Assembly: GCF_017876815.1 (NCBI RefSeq)
Contig: NZ_JAGIOS010000001.1
Coordinates: 3,630,001-3,662,000, forward strand
Length of the DNA: 32,000 nt
Origin: Sinorhizobium meliloti
GTDB lineage: Bacteria; Pseudomonadota; Alphaproteobacteria; Rhizobiales; Rhizobiaceae
Reading direction: 5' to 3'
The notes below the pieces were generated by a model. That model did no database searches and was not told the origin of the DNA. It worked only from the letters and a program-made list of their open reading frames with translations. Made by a program: the position numbers and the translations under genes. Of the stretch, positions 28,679 through 32,000 are shown one piece after another. The number at the start of each line of letters is the position of its first letter. Position 1 is the stretch's first letter.

Positions 28679-28741
28679 CTACAGCGCCGCTCGTCTTATG
28701 AGACGCGCAAAGGTCGCTGTAGCACTTTGAGCTGCTGCATG
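28679..28741. repeat. palindromic intergenic element, CTACAGCG...CGCTGTAG family (copy 2, opposite orientation)
   Basis: The sequence is CTACAGCG-CCGCTCGTCT-TATG-AGACGCGC-AAAGGT-CGCTGTAG-CACTTTGAGCTGCTGCATG. The extended arm is the reverse complement of the CATGCAGCA.C.C.AAGTG arm of copy 1. Confidence 0.8.
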
Positions 28742-28745
28742 TTTT

Positions 28746-28775
28746 TGTCCATTGATCGGCCACGATCAATGGACA
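28746..28775. repeat. perfect 13-bp inverted repeat
   Basis: TGTCCATTGATCG-GCCA-CGATCAATGGACA. The flanking GCATG/CATGC extend the pairing. No U-tract follows on either strand. Confidence 0.8.
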
Positions 28776-28911
28776 CATGCAGTGGCGCACGGTCGGTACT
28801 CAAGGAAATTCAAGCGCATCGCCATGTGTGCTGACAAAACCGAGCAGGGCTTCAACGCCATTATCCATCTCGCAGCAGCCATCATAAACTCAAAATGAAT
28901 CTCAACAGGCC

Positions 28912-29340
28912 CTAGCCGGCGATATAGGCCTTGATCTGTTCGGCCTCGTTCTCGATGGCGCGGATGTGATACTTAACCACGTCTCCGATCGAGATAATGC
29001 CGGCCAGCCGGCCTTCCCGCTCCACGGGCAGATGACGCGCGCGAAATTTACTCATCATCTCCATCAGCGAGTCGACGGACATTTCCTCGCGACAGCAATA
29101 GACGTTCTGCCACATGACGGAAGAAACCGGCTTGTCGAGGCAGGCGGCACCATATCGGGCAATCGAGGCGACGATGTCGCGCTCCGTCATGATGCCAACG
29201 ATATGCTCCTCCGGATCGACGACGACAACGGCTCCGATATGATTTTCATGCAGTAAAGACGCGGCCTGCTGAACCGTCACCTGCGCTGTGACCGTGATGA
29301 CGTTGCTGCCTTTTTCATTGAGAATCGCTTTCACCGACAT
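28912..29340 (-). CDS. CBS domain-containing protein
   Basis: 142 aa from MSVKAILNEKGSNVITV (GGGAGA RBS), with two CBS repeats (HIGAVVVVD..IVGIMTERDI; RHLPVEREGRLAGIISIGDV). The track start at 29511 is an extension. Confidence 0.85.
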   Translation of the reverse strand: MSVKAILNEKGSNVITVTAQVTVQQAASLLHENHIGAVVVVDPEEHIVGIMTERDIVASIARYGAACLDKPVSSVMWQNVYCCREEMSVDSLMEMMSKFRARHLPVEREGRLAGIISIGDVVKYHIRAIENEAEQIKAYIAG

Positions 29341-29591
29341 GCGCACATCTCCCGTTGCGACAAAACCGGGCCGACGGGAAGAGTTTCCGTCCGTGCCGGT
29401 CACTGCACTTTCTTCCGGCGGAAGGAAGACCGCGAAGACAGTGCAGATGGCCGCAGGAAACCCGTACCCATTCCGGCGCCTGCGCTGCCCTTTGCCGCTC
29501 CTCGAGCACAAAGCTACGCCGGCACCCGGCCTTTTCCGCGGTCGCCTCGAGCAATTCGGCGGCCGTGATGAATGGTGCTCCAGCGACTTCA

Positions 29592-29632
29592 GGAAATCAA
29601 GGCTTCTGCAGAAAGCCTGCCGCCTCTGCGGC
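29592..29632 (-). terminator. tandem small hairpins downstream of rhomboid (weak terminator candidate)
   Basis: Minus strand has GCCGC-AGAG-GCGGC, then AGGCUU-UCUGCAG-AAGCCU, followed by UGAUUUCC. It lies about 100-140 nt after the rhomboid stop. Confidence 0.25.
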
Positions 29633-29735
29633 GAAATCAGGCATCACGAAAATTCTGCGGTTGATACAATCGATTATCGCACTCTCGCCCGAAGGCGGCC
29701 GAGGCTTCTTCCCGGCTGGCGGCGCCTCACCCAAC

Positions 29736-30467
29736 CTACCTTCGGGGATCGAAGAATGCGAACAGAAGGAAGCCGAAGAGGAAACCGCCGATATGCGCCT
29801 CCCAGGCCACGCTTCCTGCCCCTCCGATCGACAGAAAGCCAAAGCCCACCAGCAAATTGGTCAGAAACCATATCCCGGTGAAGACGAGCACGGACCGGTT
29901 GGTGAGCGTCTCCGCAAACGACAGCCGTCGATTGAGATGGGCAAACTGGCGGCTGATGCGACCGCTCGGGGAAAATACGAAACGGGCCGCCGCCCCCATC
30001 AAGCCTGAAACGACGCCCGAAGCCCCGATCACCACGGCCATCTCGCCCCAGTGGAAGATGATGTGCAAGCCGACGGCGGCAGCCGCCGACAGGCACCAGA
30101 ACAAGGCGAGCCGAGCCATCCCGATCCGTCTGACGACGGGGGCGCCGAACGCGACCATCCAGAAGACATTGAAGATGAGATGCTCCCAACTTCCGTGCAG
30201 GAAGGAATAGGTCACCGGCGTCCAGAGCCAGACCAGCCCCTGCTCACCGAGCGGAAGCGTGTAGCGCACGGGCAGAAAGGCAAAGTTGAGGATCAGCTCC
30301 TGGTCGATCTCGGCCGGCAGGACATAGGTCCTCAAGACATGGACCGCGATCAGGAACGAAAGGATTCCGGTCAGCCCCGGCGGAAGATTGAAGGCGGGCT
30401 CGCGACTGCGGACGTCGGTACTGTCGACATCGGTTTCCGGTGACGTTGCCGCCTGATCCCGTTCCAT
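29736..30467 (-). CDS. rhomboid family intramembrane serine protease
   Basis: 243 aa from MERDQAA (AGGGAAGAGG RBS), with HxxxN (EHLIFNVF), GxSG (GASGVVSG) and the catalytic His (EAHIGGFLFG). The upstream in-frame 92 codons run through a terminator U-tract and do not look coding. Confidence 0.85.
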   Translation of the reverse strand: MERDQAATSPETDVDSTDVRSREPAFNLPPGLTGILSFLIAVHVLRTYVLPAEIDQELILNFAFLPVRYTLPLGEQGLVWLWTPVTYSFLHGSWEHLIFNVFWMVAFGAPVVRRIGMARLALFWCLSAAAAVGLHIIFHWGEMAVVIGASGVVSGLMGAAARFVFSPSGRISRQFAHLNRRLSFAETLTNRSVLVFTGIWFLTNLLVGFGFLSIGGAGSVAWEAHIGGFLFGFLLFAFFDPRR

Positions 30468-30544
30468 AGCTGCCTCTTCCCTTCGGTCGCTGCGGTTGCG
30501 CCCAGACGGCGGCGAACCGCCCGCAGTAGCGCGCAAGGGATAAG

Positions 30545-30583
30545 CAAACAAAAAAACGCCGTCCAGTGAAAACTGAACGGCGT
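30545..30583 (-). terminator. strong intrinsic terminator with no CDS upstream of it
   Basis: Minus-strand RNA is ACGCCGUUCAG-UUUUCA-CUGGACGGCGU (11 bp including one U.G) followed by UUUUUUUGUUUG. On the plus strand the wobble becomes a C.A mismatch and no U-tract follows, so the orientation is minus. Confidence 0.7.
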
Positions 30584-30808
30584 CACGCGCCGTTGCGCGC
30601 GCGTCAGTCGATGTGCTGAAGGCAATCCTTCGTGAAGTGCTGCCGAATGACATGGCAGCCGCCGGCGTCGAGCGCAATCGAAACCGGCCGTTAACCTTAA
30701 TTTCGCCGTGGCACGAAAATCGCTCCATGCACTCAAGGACCACGCAATATGCCGCCGGCTATCTCGATCTGGGACGGTCTGCGCCGCAACAACGACCGAT
30801 CGGGCAAG

Positions 30809-31411
30809 ATGCGCAGCAGAACGACAATGGAACTGTTTCAATACTGGAACGAAGTTCGCGGCGGCCGCGATCTCCCGCGCCGTGACGAAATCCAGCCCGC
30901 CGATATTCGTTCACTCCTGCCCAACGTCTTCATCCTCCAGGCGCAGGCGGACGGTGGAATACACTTTCGTCTCGCGGGCACCCACATCTGCGGCTTGTTC
31001 GGCGACGAACTCCGCCACCGTCAATTCTCCGCCTTGTGGCTCGGCGGACAGCAGGAGGAGGCTGCCCGTATCGCCGGTCAGGTCGTGAAGCGATGCATGC
31101 CGATGCTACTGGCTGCGTCCGGCGCAACCGCAACCGGGGATCGGTTGGAAGTGGAAATTCTGCTTACCCCCCTCGCCTCTCCCGATGGAACGGGCGACCG
31201 CATACTCGGCGCTCTGTCGCCGCTGTCCCGTCCGATATGGCTGCACATGAAGCCATTGCAGCACCTTGTCCTGGAAAGCCGCTGTGCCGCATTGCCTGCG
31301 TCCGAATGCTCCACGACTGCCGGTCTTACCGGCAGCCGCATCGATGCCTGCGATCGCCCCTTCCGCATGGCGCAGCACCTGCGCGTCTTCGAGGGTGGAA
31401 GGCGAAACTGA
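30809..31411 (+). CDS. PAS_5 / DUF1457 family PAS domain protein
   Basis: 200 aa from MRSRTTMELFQYWNEVRGGRDLPRRDEIQPADIRSLLPNVFIL...FRLAGTHICGLFG, the Rhizobiales DUF1457 pattern. The start is uncertain (30749, 30809 or 30827). Confidence 0.7.
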   Translation: MRSRTTMELFQYWNEVRGGRDLPRRDEIQPADIRSLLPNVFILQAQADGGIHFRLAGTHICGLFGDELRHRQFSALWLGGQQEEAARIAGQVVKRCMPMLLAASGATATGDRLEVEILLTPLASPDGTGDRILGALSPLSRPIWLHMKPLQHLVLESRCAALPASECSTTAGLTGSRIDACDRPFRMAQHLRVFEGGRRN

Positions 31412-31478
31412 GCGAACCTTCTGTTAATCGGTGCGGTCTATACTTTCGCCTGCAAAATATATCCATCGTAGAGTGATC

Positions 31479-32000
31479 ATGTTCTCCTTCCAGCATGCGC
31501 AGAACAGCGCCCCGAAACCACATCAGGAAAGCGCCTTTCAGCGCGTTTCGGTCAATCTTTCGGGACGACTGATGCTTGCCAGTCACGAGGAATATGACTG
31601 TACCGCCCTGGAGATGTCGCCGGGCGACGTTCTGTTGACCTCGCCCGCGCGTCCGCGCGGCGGAGAGCGTATCATTGCCTATGTCGACCATGTGGGTCGC
31701 CTCGAAGGCACGGTGTCACGCGTTGCGGACGATGCGTTCGTGATCCAGCTCAACGCCACGGAACGCAAGCGCGAGAAGCTTGCGGCACAACTGACCTGGA
31801 TCGCCAACAAACACGAACTCGGTCTGCCGGAAGACCGGCGCCATGACCGGCTGGCACCTCGCAAGACATTGACGGAACTCACAGTCGATACCGGCGAGAG
31901 ATACAGCTGTCGGATCATCGACCTCTCGCTTTCCGGCGCGGCGGTCGACATCGACACACGGCCTGCCGTAGGATCGCCGGTCAGGCTGGGTAACATGAAG
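31479..32000 (+). CDS. PilZ domain protein (5' partial, runs off the window)
   Basis: The frame is open from the ATG at 31479 to the window end (174 codons). The second half carries RRHDR (RxxxR) followed 24 aa later by DLSLSG (DxSxxG), the c-di-GMP-binding PilZ signature. The first half is a degenerate PilZ-like barrel. This ORF is not in the supplied track because it has no stop. Confidence 0.75.
   Translation, partial: MFSFQHAQNSAPKPHQESAFQRVSVNLSGRLMLASHEEYDCTALEMSPGDVLLTSPARPRGGERIIAYVDHVGRLEGTVSRVADDAFVIQLNATERKREKLAAQLTWIANKHELGLPEDRRHDRLAPRKTLTELTVDTGERYSCRIIDLSLSGAAVDIDTRPAVGSPVRLGNMK

Noticed and set aside
29736-30743. 335-aa version of the rhomboid ORF (and similarly the extended ORFs 19255..20292, 24372..25448, 23836..24588, 28912..29511)
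   Set aside because: The extensions have no homology-like features. They cross a terminator U-tract or overlap real upstream genes. Strong RBS-ATG pairs exist at the shorter starts, which give canonical N-termini.

Overview
GC-rich alphaproteobacterial chromosome segment, Rhizobiaceae-like by protein sequences, gene order and repeat families. It is a dense housekeeping core with about 33 CDS. On the minus strand: pdhA-pdhB, ftsB-like, eno, kdsA, a VOC protein, pyrG, secG and tpiA. Then cytochrome b561-yceI, an alpha/beta hydrolase plus FAD oxidase pair, parE, a GNAT, a small lipoprotein, DUF2336, a CitE-like protein, and a nitroreductase-flavin reductase pair. Then a secreted three-repeat protein, thrS, a tightly coupled iscU-like/yidD/DUF2267/DUF1697 block, folE, hisI, patatin, a CBS protein, rhomboid, and a PAS_5 (DUF1457) gene next to a partial PilZ gene. 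I found no rRNA, tRNA, CRISPR array, transposase, integrase, phage or recognisable defence genes, so I cannot support a novel multi-gene system here. Most long ORFs in the track are antisense or 5'-extended artefacts of high GC content. The unexplained signal is non-coding. (i) A strong intrinsic terminator with mutually exclusive alternative helices sits 78 nt upstream of the rhomboid start and follows no CDS. (ii) A canonical terminator plus a 46-nt A/U-rich palindrome fill the 143-nt secG-pyrG spacer. (iii) folE has a leader of about 200 nt with a GNRA-capped helix. (iv) The thrS leader has a hairpin with CGU in its loop next to the SD. (v) Three families of intergenic palindromic repeats are present, including a nested composite of about 540 bp between ftsB and eno. 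All functional readings of these elements are hypotheses that need RNA-seq or comparative tests.
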